Shown here one piece after another: positions 13,405-26,700 of a DNA stretch of 64,000 bases. The notes under the pieces were generated by a model. It saw only the letters and a program-made list of their open reading frames with translations. It was not told where the DNA came from and did no database searches. The translations under genes and the position numbers were made by a program. Position 1 is the first letter of the stretch, and each line of letters begins with the position of its first letter. The DNA is taken from contig NC_082715.1 in NCBI RefSeq assembly GCF_030144855.1, positions 80,538,001 to 80,602,000 on the forward strand, given 5' to 3'. This DNA comes from Hypanus sabinus. Lineage: Eukaryota.

Positions 13405-14060
13405 ACACAGGAGATTCTGCAGATGCTGGAAATCCAGAGCAACACACACAAAATGCAGGAGGGACTCAGCGGGTCAGGCAGCATCTACAGAAATGATTAA
13501 ACAGTCGCCATTTCAGGCTGAGACCCTTCTTCAGGACTGGAAAGGAAGGGGAAAGATGGCAAAATAAAAAGATGGGGGGGTAGGGAAGGAGTACAAGCTG
13601 GCTGGTGATGGGCGAAGCCAGGTTGGGGGTGGGAAAGGTGAGACAAATGAGATCATAGAACAGTAGAACACAGGAACAGGGCTTCACCCCATGGTGTCCT
13701 GCTGAACCAGATGGACAACTAAACTAATCCCTTTTGCTTATATAATGTTTATCCATTCCTCTCATGTGCCTGCCTCTAGCACAATACCAGGGCAGTGCAT
13801 TCCAGACACCCACCCCTCATTCCTTGTGTAAAACACGCCTTCACATTTCCTTTGGAGAAGCTGGGAGGTGATAGGTGGAATCGGATAGGCAAGGAGACTG
13901 GACCATGGGAAAAAGGGGAGGACGAGGGGCACCAGAGGGAAGTGAGAAGGAAATGGGTAAAAGGGGAGCCAAAATGGGGAACAGAAAAGAGAAATGGGAA
14001 GTGTGAGAGAAATTATACCGGAAGTTACGGGGATCAATGTTCATGCCAGGTTCAGAGGCA
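13405..14060 (-). mobile_element. Penelope-like element 3' end, interrupted by a short CR1 tail (about 13655-13855)
   Basis: Terminal repeat aaacacaggagattctgcagatgctgg..., degenerate hammerhead motif at 13502-13539, purine-rich segment similar to 23146-23400. Confidence 0.7.
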
Positions 14061-14391
14061 TTTTACGTTGGTAAATCTCTACATTAAGGCATGCTGTTAT
14101 GTAAAAAATTAAACCAGAAGACTACTCTAACGATAGAACTTGGCTCAAAACATGTCAATCATGAGTTGCAGAGCAATGAGTTTACATCCCAGCCCTAGGG
14201 AATGCTGCCCTGCCGAAGGGGGAGACATCTATTAAAATGCACTCTGCAATGCCAGCGAGAGTGAGAACATGGGTGGAACACAAACTGCAGCACAGACCAC
14301 TTGCCACGTGGCAAGTTTCTATGCTAAGAAGGCTAATCTGAGAGATCCTTAAACTGCCCGGCTGCAAGTGGGTGCCGCGCAAGGCACTTAC

Positions 14392-14618
14392 AGCTGGCCA
14401 TCCTTCCTTGTGTAAAAGCTGACAGATTTGATGGTCACCACCACCACGGCCATGCACAGAGTGACTGGTACAAACAGCATGATGACGTGCTTGGCTCCAT
14501 ACTTCAGGATCAGCTCCTCCTCCTCTTCCTCCTCACCTTCTCCGCCCGCCTCTCTGCCTGAGGTCCCGGCCCCCGAACCTTGGCTCCCATCCGTGGGGTG
14601 ACTGGCAGAGGATCTGCT
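14392..14618 (-). CDS. PSEN2: Presenilin-2 exon, TM1 ([26 protein letters not shown]...[12 protein letters not shown])
   Basis: Canonical presenilin motif; CAG acceptor and GTAAGT donor; 227 bp, phase 0 to 2. Confidence 0.97.
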
Positions 14619-15394
14619 CTGCAGGGGTCAGAGAGCACAAGATCATTGGAATTGGAGCTAGTTTATTATTGTCACATATACCATCGTACAGTGAACAGCT
14701 TGTCTCGCGTACCGCTCATACAGTTCAGATCATTACACAGTGCACTGAAAGGAGAATTATCATAGTAGCACCATCATGGACACACGTCTCTCCATCATCA
14801 AGGACACTGATGAAAGATGATGTCTCAAGAAGATGCTGTGCATTGTGAAGCACCCTCACCATCCAAGACATTCCCTCTTTTCACTACTACAACCGGGGAG
14901 GAGGTCCTGCCTGAAGACACAGGCTCAAAGCTTTAGGGACAACTTCTCCCCTCCACCAACAGATTTCGGATCGGTCCATGAACCCATCGACACTACCTCA
15001 CTATCTTGCTCTCCGTTTTGCATCCTTTTTTTATACGGTCCTATTTACAGTGGGTTTTTTTTAAATGTATTTCTCGGTACTGCTCCCACAAAACAACAAA
15101 CTTCACAACACATCAGTGTTCATAAACCTGATTCTGAGAAAGTGTGCGAAAATGCTTTCAACGTGCCGTCATCTTGCACCGATCTTCTATTCTTTTTTGT
15201 TTCCAGATATTTCTCAGTGTGCATCACCAATCTGTTATTTGCGTCTTAGAAATGAAAAATACCATTGTTTTTGAACCACAAGCTACCTCCAACAGATAAG
15301 AATGGCTTAGACGTCCTGCTTAGGGACCTTACACATGGTGGGAGAAGGTTGTAAAGACGGGCCACGGCTGGAGAATGGGCACTGGACATGTGGA

Positions 15395-16462
15395 GCGTCT
15401 TCTGTGTGTGGATTCAGAATTGGTTTGCCCATGGAAGTCAGAGGGTGCTAGTAGATGGAGCATATTCTGCCTGGAGGTCGGTGGCCAGTGATGTTCCACA
15501 GGGAACCCTGTTCTTTGTGATTTTTATAAATTACTTACGTGAGGAAGTGAAAGGTTGGGTTAGTAAATTTGCAGGTGGTATTGTGGATAGTAGTGTAGAA
15601 AGTCAACAGCAGGACAGAGACAGGATGCAGAGCTGGGCTGAGAAATACAGGTGAGGTTCAATCAGGAAAAGTGTGAAGTGATACAACTTGGAAGGTCAAA
15701 CTTAAAGATGGAGTACAGGGTTAATGGCAGAATTCTTAGCGGTGTGGAGGAGCAGAGGGATCTTGGGGTCCACATCCATAGATACTTCAGAGTTGGTGCA
15801 CTAGTTGATAGGCTGGTTAAGAGGGTGCGTATAGTATCTTGGCCTTCATTAGTCAAGGGATTCAGTTCAAGAGCCGTGAGGTAATGTTGCAGATCTATAA
15901 ACTGGTCAGACCGCACTTGGAGTATTGTTTTAATGTTTGGTTGCCTTATTATCGGAAGGATGTGGAGGTTTTTGAAAGAGGAGGAGGAGTATGCTGCCTA
16001 AATTAGAGAGCATGTCTCTCATGGAAAGCTTCAGCGAGCTAGGCCTTCTCCCTTTGGAGCGAAGGAGAATGAGAGGTGACTTGGAAGCAGTGTGTAAGAT
16101 TATAAGAGGCACAGACAGAGTGGACAGCCAGTGCCTTTTACCCCAGGGGCAGTGATGACTAATGCCAGAGGACATCCTCTTAAGATGAGTAGAGCAAGAT
16201 TTAGAGGGCGGGGGGATGTCAGAGGTAGTTTTTTTTTTGCACAGAGAGTGACAGGTGCCTGGAATGCACTGCCAGGGGTCGGAACAGAAGCAGGTACATT
16301 AGTGGTATTTAAGAGACTCTTAGATAGAGCAACGCATGAAAGAAAAATCAAGGGCTATGGACTGTGTAGGAGGAAAGGGCTAGATCGATTGTGGTTTATA
16401 TAGTTCAGCACAATATAATGGGCCAAAGGTACTAAACTATGCTGTACTTTTCTATGTTCTAT
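15395..16462 (+). mobile_element. CR1 3' fragment
   Basis: WIQNW..QRV..DVPQG, FNQEKCEV, FFAQRVTGAWNALP, tail ttctatgttcta. Confidence 0.9.
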
Positions 16463-16888
16463 ATTAAAAGTAGAAACAGTTGAAAACTTCAGCAAGTCAG
16501 GCAGAAACAGGTCATTGAACAGGGATCAGATGAAAGGTCACCAGCTTGAAATGTTAACTCAGTTTCTCTCCCCACAGATGCTGCCCGGCCGGCTGAGTGT
16601 CTCCACCAACCATGGCATTTTAACTCCAGCCTCTTTCAGCTTCGTGAATACAACATAATCTGCACAACTCGACAAGGGACTGTGTAATTCAAGACACTTC
16701 ACATGGTTCAAAATTCCATTTACATTAGATAAAATTAAGATTAGCTTTATTTGACATCATGGACACTGAAACACAATGAAATGCATCGTCTATGTCAATG
16801 GCCAAAACAGGGCGTAGTTTCGCCATGCTTCTGGCACCTATATATACTGAGTTCAGCTGCAGCTCCACAACAGTGCAGCAGCTCTTAC

Positions 16889-17020
16889 CCGATTCCTTCC
16901 CTTGCCGCCGAGGCCATGCACCCCATCCATCTCCTGGTACGAAGGCATGGTCGAGGCGCTGGCTGATATCAGAGCTGTTCGCTCGCTGTACTGGTCGTCT
17001 TCACTGTCTGATGAAATCAT
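16889..17020 (-). CDS. PSEN2: Presenilin-2, first coding exon (MISSDSEDDQYSERTALISASASTMPSYQ...GRNR)
   Basis: Hand translation matches the PSEN2-type N-terminus (SDSE..ERTAL..PSYQ). Acceptor TAG is 11 nt before the ATG (exon starts 17031). Donor CGG|GTAAGA, phase 0. Confidence 0.9.
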
Positions 17021-19559
17021 GAACAAGCTTTCTATAGGCAGCAGTGAGTAATCTCACAGGCACTGGATAAGGCTGAAATGCAGAAAAGACCTATGTTAGA
17101 AATTTGCAATGAGTATTATTATAGAGCCATATATCACGACACACAGAAACAGGCCATCTAGTCTGTGCCGAGCTATTAATCTACAGAGTCCCATCGAGCC
17201 ACACCTGGACCATAGCTCTCCACACTCCTCCTATCCAAAATTCTCTTAACTGTGGAAATCAAACCTGTATCCACTACTTCTCATCGCCCTCTGAGTGAAA
17301 AGAACTCCCACTCCTGTTCCCCTTAGACATTTCACCTTTTATCCTTAACCCATGACCTTATCGTTACATGAAAAGCAAGATTAGCTTTGTTAGTCACACG
17401 TACAGTCAAATGTATAGTTTGCATCAATGACCAATGCAACTGGGGGCAGCCCACAAGAGTTGATATGCTTCCCGCGCCAACATCGTACGTCCAGAATTTA
17501 CTAACCCTTACTAAACCTCTTGGAATGCGAGAGGAAACTGGAGCACCCAGAGGAAACCCACATGGTACATGAAGAATGTACAGGAATTGAACCCCAACCA
17601 GTAGCACTATAAAGCGTTACAATAGCCACTAGGCTACTGAGCCACCTTGTTCCGAGGTACAATGAAAATCTTTGATTTGTATGCCATCCACACAGAGCAT
17701 TTCCCAAAGTCAGTACATTCACAAGTCAGGGTATGTGCATCCCTTGCCGACTATAAAAAGATTAAGAATACTCTTAAAAAGGAAATCAGGAAAGCAAAGA
17801 GGAAATACGAGATGGAGGGTTAAGGAAAATCCCAAGAGTTTCTAAAGCTCTATGGAGGACAGGAGACTCAGAAGGGAATCAGCCCACTTAGAAATCAGCA
17901 GGACTGCCCATGACAAAGCCGCTGAAGATGTGTTGATTTTTCAATAAATATCTCTCCTCAAGTGTTTACTTAAGATTTCACTAAAGGTTTCGACAAACTT
18001 GTGATGAGTAAATTAATCTGATCTGATCTGGAATGTGAGTGTCTCTGGTACCATCGTGAAAGGGTTACTGGAAGCCACAGTATTGAACTCTTACAATCCA
18101 TGTGAAGGTTTTCCCACAACACTCTTGTGCATGTTGTTTCAGGTGTGGGATTATCTTTCCAGGTTAGGAAGGCTAATTAATTGGATGGGATCTTAGAGCT
18201 AGTAGTGGTGCCCTTCTGTCGAAGGAAATGGACAGTCAAATTTTCAGATTGACAAGTCCTGGTGAAGTTCAAGTTCAGGTTTAATTATCATTCAACTATA
18301 CATCAATACAGCCAAACAAAACAGCATTACTCCAGAGGCCAAGGTGAAAACCATAGTACCAACAGCCACACACAGCACAGGGCACATATAGCACATATGA
18401 ATGCAAGCACATACATCATTAACATACAGCAACACAAAAAATATATAGTCTAAGAACCTGAGTCGAACACAATGCAGCTTGTCTTCTGCTGAGCAAACAG
18501 CGGGGACAGTACTGTCTCCAGCTTGGCCGCCACACCTCTGGTGTTGTGCTCCGACTCCAGGGTGGCTGTAAACAGGCGACACCACGGCCTGAGGCCTAAT
18601 CCTCGCTACAACTGAGGCCGCGCAGCTCCCCGCCATCTGTCTATAAATTAGTGAGTCAGACTTGCAGCATTCCACAATGTCCAACAGGGTCTTGCACCAA
18701 GTCTAGCTCCTTCAGATTCTCTGCCAACGAGCAACTCGCTGATGGAGTTAACCTGCAGTACTACAAATTCTTAATTTCCAGCAGGGTTTTGCAATTGTAA
18801 AAAGTATGTTTAAAAGAGTTTTGACCTGAATGTCAACAGTCCAATGTCAACTCAATGCCAGACTCACTGAGTCCCACCAGCATCTTGGCTGTTGCTCCAG
18901 ATTCCAGGACCTTGTGCTTCCATGAAGCAGGGATATAGCCTAATGATATTACATTGTGTATGGGTAGCCTTTGTGACTGAACAGATTAAAAAGGTTCAAA
19001 TCACGTTGGAATCTCAGAATCATACAGGCAGGGACCATTCAGCCTACTCTAACTGTTCAAAAGACCCATCCAGTTCGTTCCATTCACCCTCCTTATTCCA
19101 TAACTCTGCAAGATTTCAAGTTATCCAACTTTTCCAAAAATACTATCATGGACTACCACAGCACAGAAACAGGCCCTTTGGCCCATCTAGTCCATGCTAA
19201 ACTATTATCCTGCCTAGTCTGATCAACCTGCCCCTTCATACACCTCCCATCCAAACTTCTGTGAAATGTTACACTCGAACCCACATTCACCAACTCTGGC
19301 AGCTCACACTACCCTCTGAGTGCAGACATTACCCCTCAAGTTCCCCTTACATAATTCACATTTCACCCTTAGCCTAGTTCTAGTTCCACCCATTTTTAGT
19401 GGGGAAAGCCTATCTATGCCTCTGTCAAATCTCCCAGCTCCAGGGTATGAAGTCCTAACCTATTCAATCTTTCCCGAAAACTCAATACTGGCAGCATTTT
19501 CTCTGCACTTTCTCAATCTTATTGATATCTTGGTACCCACTTCTACACCAACCCGTCCA

Positions 19560-20440
19560 GACTTCGCATCCCACACCATAACAGCTGACGGGTTGGGGGG
19601 AGGGGAGTTACCGGGGCAGGCATTCATAGTCGGGTGCGTACCCGGAGGCTTCATCGAGTGAGTTGTATCACCGCAAACCTCGGCTGAGCACTCAACCCCC
19701 TCGCTATCCAAGGAGAAGTGGATAAACTTCCTCATCCAACCAGCCGGCCAGCTCAAAAGGAAGAGGAAACGAAAGGGAAATCTTGGTAAAAGCTAGCGAT
19801 TTCTCTTCCGGATTATTTTGGTATCGAAAATGCTGCTGGATTTAAAAAACTTGAAATCTTGGAGGGTTAGGGGATAATAGGTGATTAACGTCCGGTTCCT
19901 AGTGAGTTGTGTCTGCTGGGCGCTGGAACATTCCTCGCCGGCGGCCGCTTCTCCGGCTGCTCTGAGGCGCGAACCTGTCGCCTGCCCGCTCGATCCCAAG
20001 GGGCCGAATGAAGGACAGGGGACCCTCGACCAGACAGTACTCCTTTACCGCCTCACGGCTCTGCAAATGGCAGCGGCCTGCAGTGCAGTGCGTTCCAGCC
20101 CGGCCCCCGGCCCTTTATACTTGCCTGGAAGAAGTGTGGAGGGAGAGAAGAAGCCAAAAGCAACGTTGGTGCTTTGATGTCGCTAAATATCTACAGACAG
20201 GAGGAGGACATTCCACAGGCAAAACGATCGACTGCAAAGAAGCCGGACCAGGGAGGGCGACGGTAGTCAGCTGCTCGCATCAAAACATAGCGACCAGGGC
20301 TTTCCCACAAGCCCTACGTCTCATGGGAAATGTCCTTTCCCTGCTCGGCGCTTGGCAATGCGAGGGAGCTGCCCCCTCGCTCGGCTGCACGGTGCAACTG
20401 ACAGCCTCCGAGGCGCTCAACTCTGACCGAAGCGTACGTT
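19560..20440 (-). promoter_or_regulatory. CpG-island promoter of PSEN2
   Basis: Locally high CpG. TATAAA at 20114-20119 (minus). Opposed ZNF143/SBS-like TTCCCA motifs at 20302-20335. YY1-like GCCATTT near 20065-20071 (minus). Confidence 0.65.
20049..20090 (-). other. PSEN2: Probable non-coding first exon (5' UTR) of PSEN2
   Basis: CpG-rich segment. TATAAA on the minus strand at 20114-20119, about 25-30 bp upstream. Ends at donor GCG|GTAAAG (GT at 20048-20047). TSS position is approximate. Confidence 0.6.
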
Positions 20441-20669
20441 TTTGTTTTTCTAAATATGAACCCTCAATGGACTAACTTAAATCGTATAAAATCAGGAATT
20501 AAGTTGTAATATGCCGACTAACTTTCTGCAGAGTGAATTCAATTCCAAAACCAGATTTGCATGATATTGGTATTAGTCGCACAAGAGATTCTGCAGATGT
20601 TGGAAAGCCAGAATAACAGATCAAAGTCAGGAAGTGGTGCTACCAGTGTTCCAAGCTGCGTATATTCCA

Positions 20670-23125
20670 ATGCGAGAAGTATCGAAGGAAAGGCAGATGA
20701 ATCTACATCTGGAATTATGATGTTGTAGCCATTAGTGAGACTTGGCTGCAGGAGGAGAAGGACTGGCTGCTCAGTGTTCTGGGGTTCCGTTGTTTAGAAG
20801 TGACGGGGGGGTGGGGGGGTGGCATCACTAGCTCGGGAAAATGTCAGGACAGACTGGAGAACTCGTCTGGTGAGGCTTATTTTTTTGGGTGGAACTGGGA
20901 AATAAGAATGGAATGTCCGCGTTAACTGGGCCATGTTTTATAGACCACCCAACAATCCATGGGAACAAATTTGTAGAGAGATTGCAGACTGTTGCAAGAA
21001 ACATAAGGTTGTTATAATAGGTGATTTTAATTTTCCACATATTGACCCATACTGTAACAGGACTAGAAGGAATAGTGTGTTCAGGGAAGTTCCCTTCGTC
21101 GGTACATAGAAATCCGACAAGAGGATATGCGATGCTTGATCTGCTGTTGGGGAATGAGAGGTGACAGAAGTTTGTGTAGAGGAACACTTTGCATCCAGTG
21201 ATCATATTGCCATTAGTTTCAAAGTAAATATGGAAAAAGATAGGTCAGGTCAGAGGGTTGAGATTCTAAATTGGAGAAAGGCCAAATTTGATGGTATCTG
21301 AAAGGATCTGGCAAGTGTGGATTGGGACAGGCTGTTTTCTGCCAAAGGTGAGCTTGGCAAGTGGGAGGCCTTCAAAAGGAAGATTTTCAGCGTACAAAGC
21401 GTGTATGTGTTTGTCAGAATAAAAGGTAAAAACAACAGGTTTAGGGAATCTCGGTTTTCAACCGATATTGAGGTCTAGGTTAAAAAAATGGGAGGTGTAT
21501 AGGCAGGTAGGAACAAGTGAGGTGCTTATGGAGTACAAGAAATGCAAGAGAACACTGAAGAAAGAAATCGGGGGCTAAAAAAATGGCATTAAGTTGCCCG
21601 AGCAGACAAGGTGAAAGAGAATCCTATGGGATTCTATAGATTTGTTAAGAGCGAAAGGACTGCAAGGACAAAAATAGTTGGACCTTGTAGACATTACAGA
21701 AGAGGAAGTGTTTGCTAGTCTGAGGCAAATCAGGGTGAGTAAATCACCAGTGCCTGACAAGGTATTCCCTTGGATTTTGCGGGGGGAAATAGCAGAAATT
21801 GCAGGGGCCCTAGTAGAGATATTTAAATCATCGTTAGCAACAGATGAGGTACTGGCAGAATAGGGGATAGTTAATGTGTTCTGCTATTTAAAAACAAACC
21901 AGGAAATAAAAGGCCAGTGAGCTTGACATCGGTGGGAAAGTTATTGGAAGGTATTCTAAGAGACTGGATATATGAGAATTTGGAGAGACAGGGACTGATT
22001 AGGAACTGACAACATGGCTCCATGTGTGGTAGGTCGTGTCTCACCAAACTTATAGAGGTTTTTGAGGAAGTTACCAGGAAAGTCAGTGGAAGTTGTCTAC
22101 ATGGACTTTAGCAAGGCATTTGACAAGGTCCCTCATGGGAGGTTGGTCAAGAAGGTTCACTTGCTCGGCATCCAAGATGAGGTAGTAAACTGGATTAAAC
22201 ATTGGCTTTGTGGGAGAAGCCAGAGAGTGGCAGTGAATGGGTGCCTCTCTAATGAGTGGAGTGCTGCAGGGATTAGTGCTGGGTCCACTGTTGTTTGTCA
22301 TCTATATCAAAGATCTGGATGACAATATGGTTAATTGGATCAGCAAACTTACAGATAACACCAAGACTGGGGATGTAGAGGACAGTGAGAAAGACTATCA
22401 GAACTTGCAGCAAGATCTGGACCTGCTGGAAAAATGGTCTGGAAATGACAGATGGAACTTAATGCAGAAAAGTGCAAGGTGTTGCACTTGAGTAAGTCCA
22501 ACCAGGGTAGGTATTACGCGTCAAATGGTAGGGCACTGTGAGGAGTGTGATAGAGCAGAGGGATCTGGGGATCCAGGTCCACAATTCATTGAAAGTGGTG
22601 TCACAGGTTGATAGGGTTGTAAAGAAAGTTCTTGGCACGTTGGCCTTCATAAGTCATTATTGAGTACAGGAGATGGGATGTTATGTTGAAGTTGTATAAG
22701 ACACTGGTGAAGCCTAATTTTGGAGTATTGCGTGCAGTTTTGGTCACCCACATACAGGAAAGATGTAAATAAGGTTGAAAGAGTAGAGAAAAAATTGACA
22801 AGGATGTTGCTAGGACTGGAGGACCCGAGTTATAAGGAAAGATTGAATAGATTAGGAATGTATTCCTTGAAACATAAGAGATTGAAGGGAGATTTAATAG
22901 AGGTATACAAAACTATGAGAGGTATGGTTAGGGTAAATGCAAGCTGACCTTTTCCACTGAGGCTCGGTGGTCGTAGGTTATGGGTGAAAGGTGAAATGTT
23001 TAAGGGGAACTTGAGGGGAAACTACTTCTTTCAGAGTTGTGAGAGTGTGAAACAAGCTGCCAGCACAAGTGGTGCATGAACTTGATTTCAACCTTTAAGC
23101 AAAGTTTGGATAGGTACGTGGATGG
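20670..23125 (+). mobile_element. Degenerate, internally deleted CR1 ORF2 (APE to RT C-terminus)
   Basis: VVYMDFSKAFDKVPH, SGVLQGLVLGPLLF, EYCVQFWSP, GDLIEVYK. Confidence 0.93.
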
Positions 23126-23129
23126 TCGG

Positions 23130-23700
23130 TGACAGGTGGAGATAGATGATGGAGAAGATGGGTGGGTGGGCTGAAGTGAGAAGCTGGGAGATTAGTGGAA
23201 AAAGTAAAGGGCTGAAGAAGAAGGATCTGAGGAGACAGGACCGTGGAAGAGAGGGAAGGAGGAAGGGCACCAGAGGGAGGTGTTGGGAAGGTGAGAAGAT
23301 GAGAAAGGGTAAGGAGGGAGCCAGAAAGGCAAATGGAAAAGGAGAAAAGGGAGAGAGGTGAGAAATCAACCTTCATGCCATCAGGTTGGAGGCTACCCAA
23401 ATGGAATAGGAGATATTGCACCTCCAGCCTGAAAGTGGAGTCATCACAGCAGTAGGGGGTCCTTGGATCAACATGTCCGATTGGGAATAGGGGGTGCAAT
23501 TAAAATAGCTGTTCCTCCCTGTTGCAGATGGAGCAAAGGTGCTCATCAAAGTGGCTCCCCCAGTCAGTGTCAGGTCCCACCGATGTAGAGGAAGCCACAC
23601 CAGGAACACTGAATAGACAGCCCTGACAGACTTGCAGGTGAAATGCTGCGTTGCCTAGGACTGTTGGCGGCCCTGAATGGTGGCAAGGGAGGAGGTGTAC
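23130..23700 (-). mobile_element. Penelope-like element remnant, GIY-YIG endonuclease end
   Basis: Broken frames give IQCSWCGFLYIGGT and RLEVQYLLFHLGSLQPDGMKVDFS, followed by a pyrimidine-rich 3' region. Alignable to the copy at 52715-53365. Confidence 0.8.
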
Positions 23701-26700
23701 ATCTGTTTGCTGCCCTGAATAGGGGCAAAGGAGGAGGTGTACATCTGTTTGCGGCCCTGAATGGGGGCAAGGGAGGAGGTGTACATCTGTTTGCTGCCCT
23801 GAATAGGGGCAAAGGAGGAGGTGTACATCTGTTTGCTGCCCTGAATGGGGGCAAGGGAGGAGGTGTACATCTGTTTGCTGCCCTGAATGGGGGCAAGGGA
23901 GGAGGTGTACATCTGTTTGCTGCCCTGAATGGGGGCAAGGGAGGAGGTGTACATCTGTTTGCGGCCCTGAATGGGGGCAAGGGAGGAGGTGTACATCTGT
24001 TTGCTGCCCTGAATGGGGGCAAGGGAGGAGGTGTACCTCTGTTTGCTGCCCTGAATAGGGGCAAAGGAGGAGGTGTACATCTGTTGGCGGCCCTGAATGG
24101 GGGCAAGGGAGGAGGTGTACATCTGTTTGCTGCCCTGAATAGGGGCAAAGGAGGAAGTGTACATCTGTTTGCGGCCCTGAATGGGGGCAAGGGAGGAGGT
24201 GTACATCTGTTTGCTGCCCTGAATAGGGGCAAAGGAGGAGGTGTACATCTGTTTGCTGCCCTGAATGGGGGCAAGGGAGGAGGTGTACATCTGTTTGCTG
24301 CCCTGAATGGGGGCAAGGGAGGAGGTGTACATCTGTTTGCTGCCCTGAATGGGGGCAAGGGAGGAGGTGTACATCTGTTTGCGGCCCTGAATGGGGGCAA
24401 GGGAGGAGGTGTACATCTGTTTGCTGCCCTGAATGGGGGCAAGGGAGGAGGTGTACCTCTGTTTGCTGCCCTGAATAGGGGCAAAGGAGGAGGTGTACAT
24501 CTGTTGGCGGCCCTGAATGGGGGCAAGGGAGGAGGTGTACATCTGTTTGCTGCCCTGAATAGGGGCAAAGGAGGAGGTGTACATCTGTTTGCTGCCCTGA
24601 ATGGGGGCAAGGGAGGAGGTGTACATCTATTTGCTGCCCTGAATAGGGGCAAAGGAGGTGTACATCTGTTTGCTGCCCTGAGTAGAGGCAAAGGAGGAGG
24701 TGTACCTCTGTTTGCGGCCCTGATTGGGGGCAAAGGAGGAGGTGTACATCTGTTTGCGGCCCTGAATGGGGGCAAAGGAGGAGGTGTACATCTGTTTGCG
24801 GCCCTGAATGGGGGCAAGGGAGGAGGTGTACATCTGTTTGCGGCCCTGAATGGGGGCAAGGGAGGAGGTGTACATCTGTTTGCTGCCCTGAATAGGGGCA
24901 AAGGAGGTGTACATCTGTTTGCTGCCCTGAGTAGAGGCAAAGGAGGAGGTGTACATCTGTTTGCTGCCCTGAATGGGGGCAAGGGAGGAGGTGTACATCT
25001 GTTTGCTGCCCTGAATGGGGGCAAGGGAGGAGGTGTACATCTATTTGCTGCCCTGAATAGGGGCAAAGGAGGTGTACATCTGTTTGCTGCCCTGAATGGG
25101 GGCAAAGGAGGAGGTGTACATCTGTTTGCTGCCCTGAATGGGGGCAAGGGAGGAGGTGTACATCTATTTGCTGCCCTGAATAGGGGCAAAGGAGGTGTAC
25201 ATCTGTTTGCTGCCCTGAATGGGGGCAAAGGAGGAGGTGTACCTCTGTTTGCGGCCCTGAATGGGGGCAAGGGAGGAGGTGTACATCTATTTGCTGCCCT
25301 GAATAGGGGCAAAGGAGGTGTACATCTGTTTGCGGCCCTGAATGGGGGCAAGGGAGGAGGTGTTCCTCTGTTTGCGGCCCTGAATGGGGGCAAGGGAGGA
25401 GGTGTACCTCTGTTTGCTGCCCTGAATGGGGGCAAGGGAGGAGGTGTACATCTGTTTGCTGCCCTGAATAGGGGCAAAGGAGGAGGTGTACATCTGTTGG
25501 CGGCCCTGAATGGGGGCAAGGGAGGAGGTGTACATCTGTTTGCTGCCCTGAATAGGGGCAAAGGAGGAGGTGTACATCTGTTTGCTGCCCTGAATGGGGG
25601 CAAGGGAGGAGGTGTACATCTATTTGCTGCCCTGAATAGGGGCAAAGGAGGAGGTGTACATCTGTTTGCTGCCCTGAGTAGAGGCAAAGGAGGAGGTGTA
25701 CATCTGTTTGCGGCCCTGAATGGGGGCAAGGGAGGAGGTGTACATCTATTTGCTGCCCTGAATAGGGGCAAAGGAGGAGGTGTACCTCTGTTTGCGGCCC
25801 TGAATGGGGGCAAGGGAGGAGGTGTACATCTGTTTGCGGCCCTGAATGGGGGCAAGGGAGGAGGTGTACATCTGTTTGCGGCCCTGAATGGGGGCAAGGG
25901 AGGAGGTGTACCTCTGTTTGCTGCCCTGAATAGGGGCAAAGGAGGAGGTGTACATCTGTTTGCGGCCCTGAATGGGGGCAAAGGAGGAGGTGTACATCTG
26001 TTTGCGGCCCTGAATGGGGGCAAGGGAGGAGGTGTACCTCTGTTTGTGGCCCTGAATGGGGGCAAAGGAGGAGGTGTACCTCTGTTTGCGGCCCTGAATG
26101 GGGGCAAAGGAGGAGGTGTACATCTGTTTGCGGCCCTGAATGGGGGCAAGGGAGGAGGTGTACATCTGTTTGCGGCCCTGAATGGGGGCAAGGGAGGAGG
26201 TGTACCTCTGTTTGCTGCCCTGAATGGGGGCAAAGGAGGAGGTGTACATCTGTTTGCGGCCCTGAATGGGGGCAAGGGAGGAGGTGTACATCTGTTTGCG
26301 GCCCTGAATGGGGGCAAGGGAGGAGGTGTACCTCTGTTTGCGGCCCTGAATGGGGGCAAAGGAGGAGGTGTACATCTGTTTGCGGCCCTGAATGGGGGCA
26401 AGGGAGGAGGTGTACCTCTGTTTGTGGCCCTGAATGGGGGCAAAGGAGGAGGTGTACCTCTGTTTGCGGCCCTGAATGGGGGCAAAGGAGGAGGTGTACA
26501 TCTGTTTGCGGCCCTGAATGGGGGCAAGGGAGGAGGTGTACATCTGTTTGCGGCCCTGAATGGGGGCAAGGGAGGAGGTGTACCTCTGTTTGCTGCCCTG
26601 AATGGGGGCAAAGGAGGAGGTGTACATCTGTTTGCGGCCCTGAATGGGGGCAAGGGAGGAGGTGTACATCTGTTTGCGGCCCTGAATGGGGGCAAGGGAG

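Noticed and set aside
889-17020. Assignment as PSEN1
   Set aside because: Diagnostic residues ([35 protein letters not shown]-terminus, short loop) are PSEN2-type.
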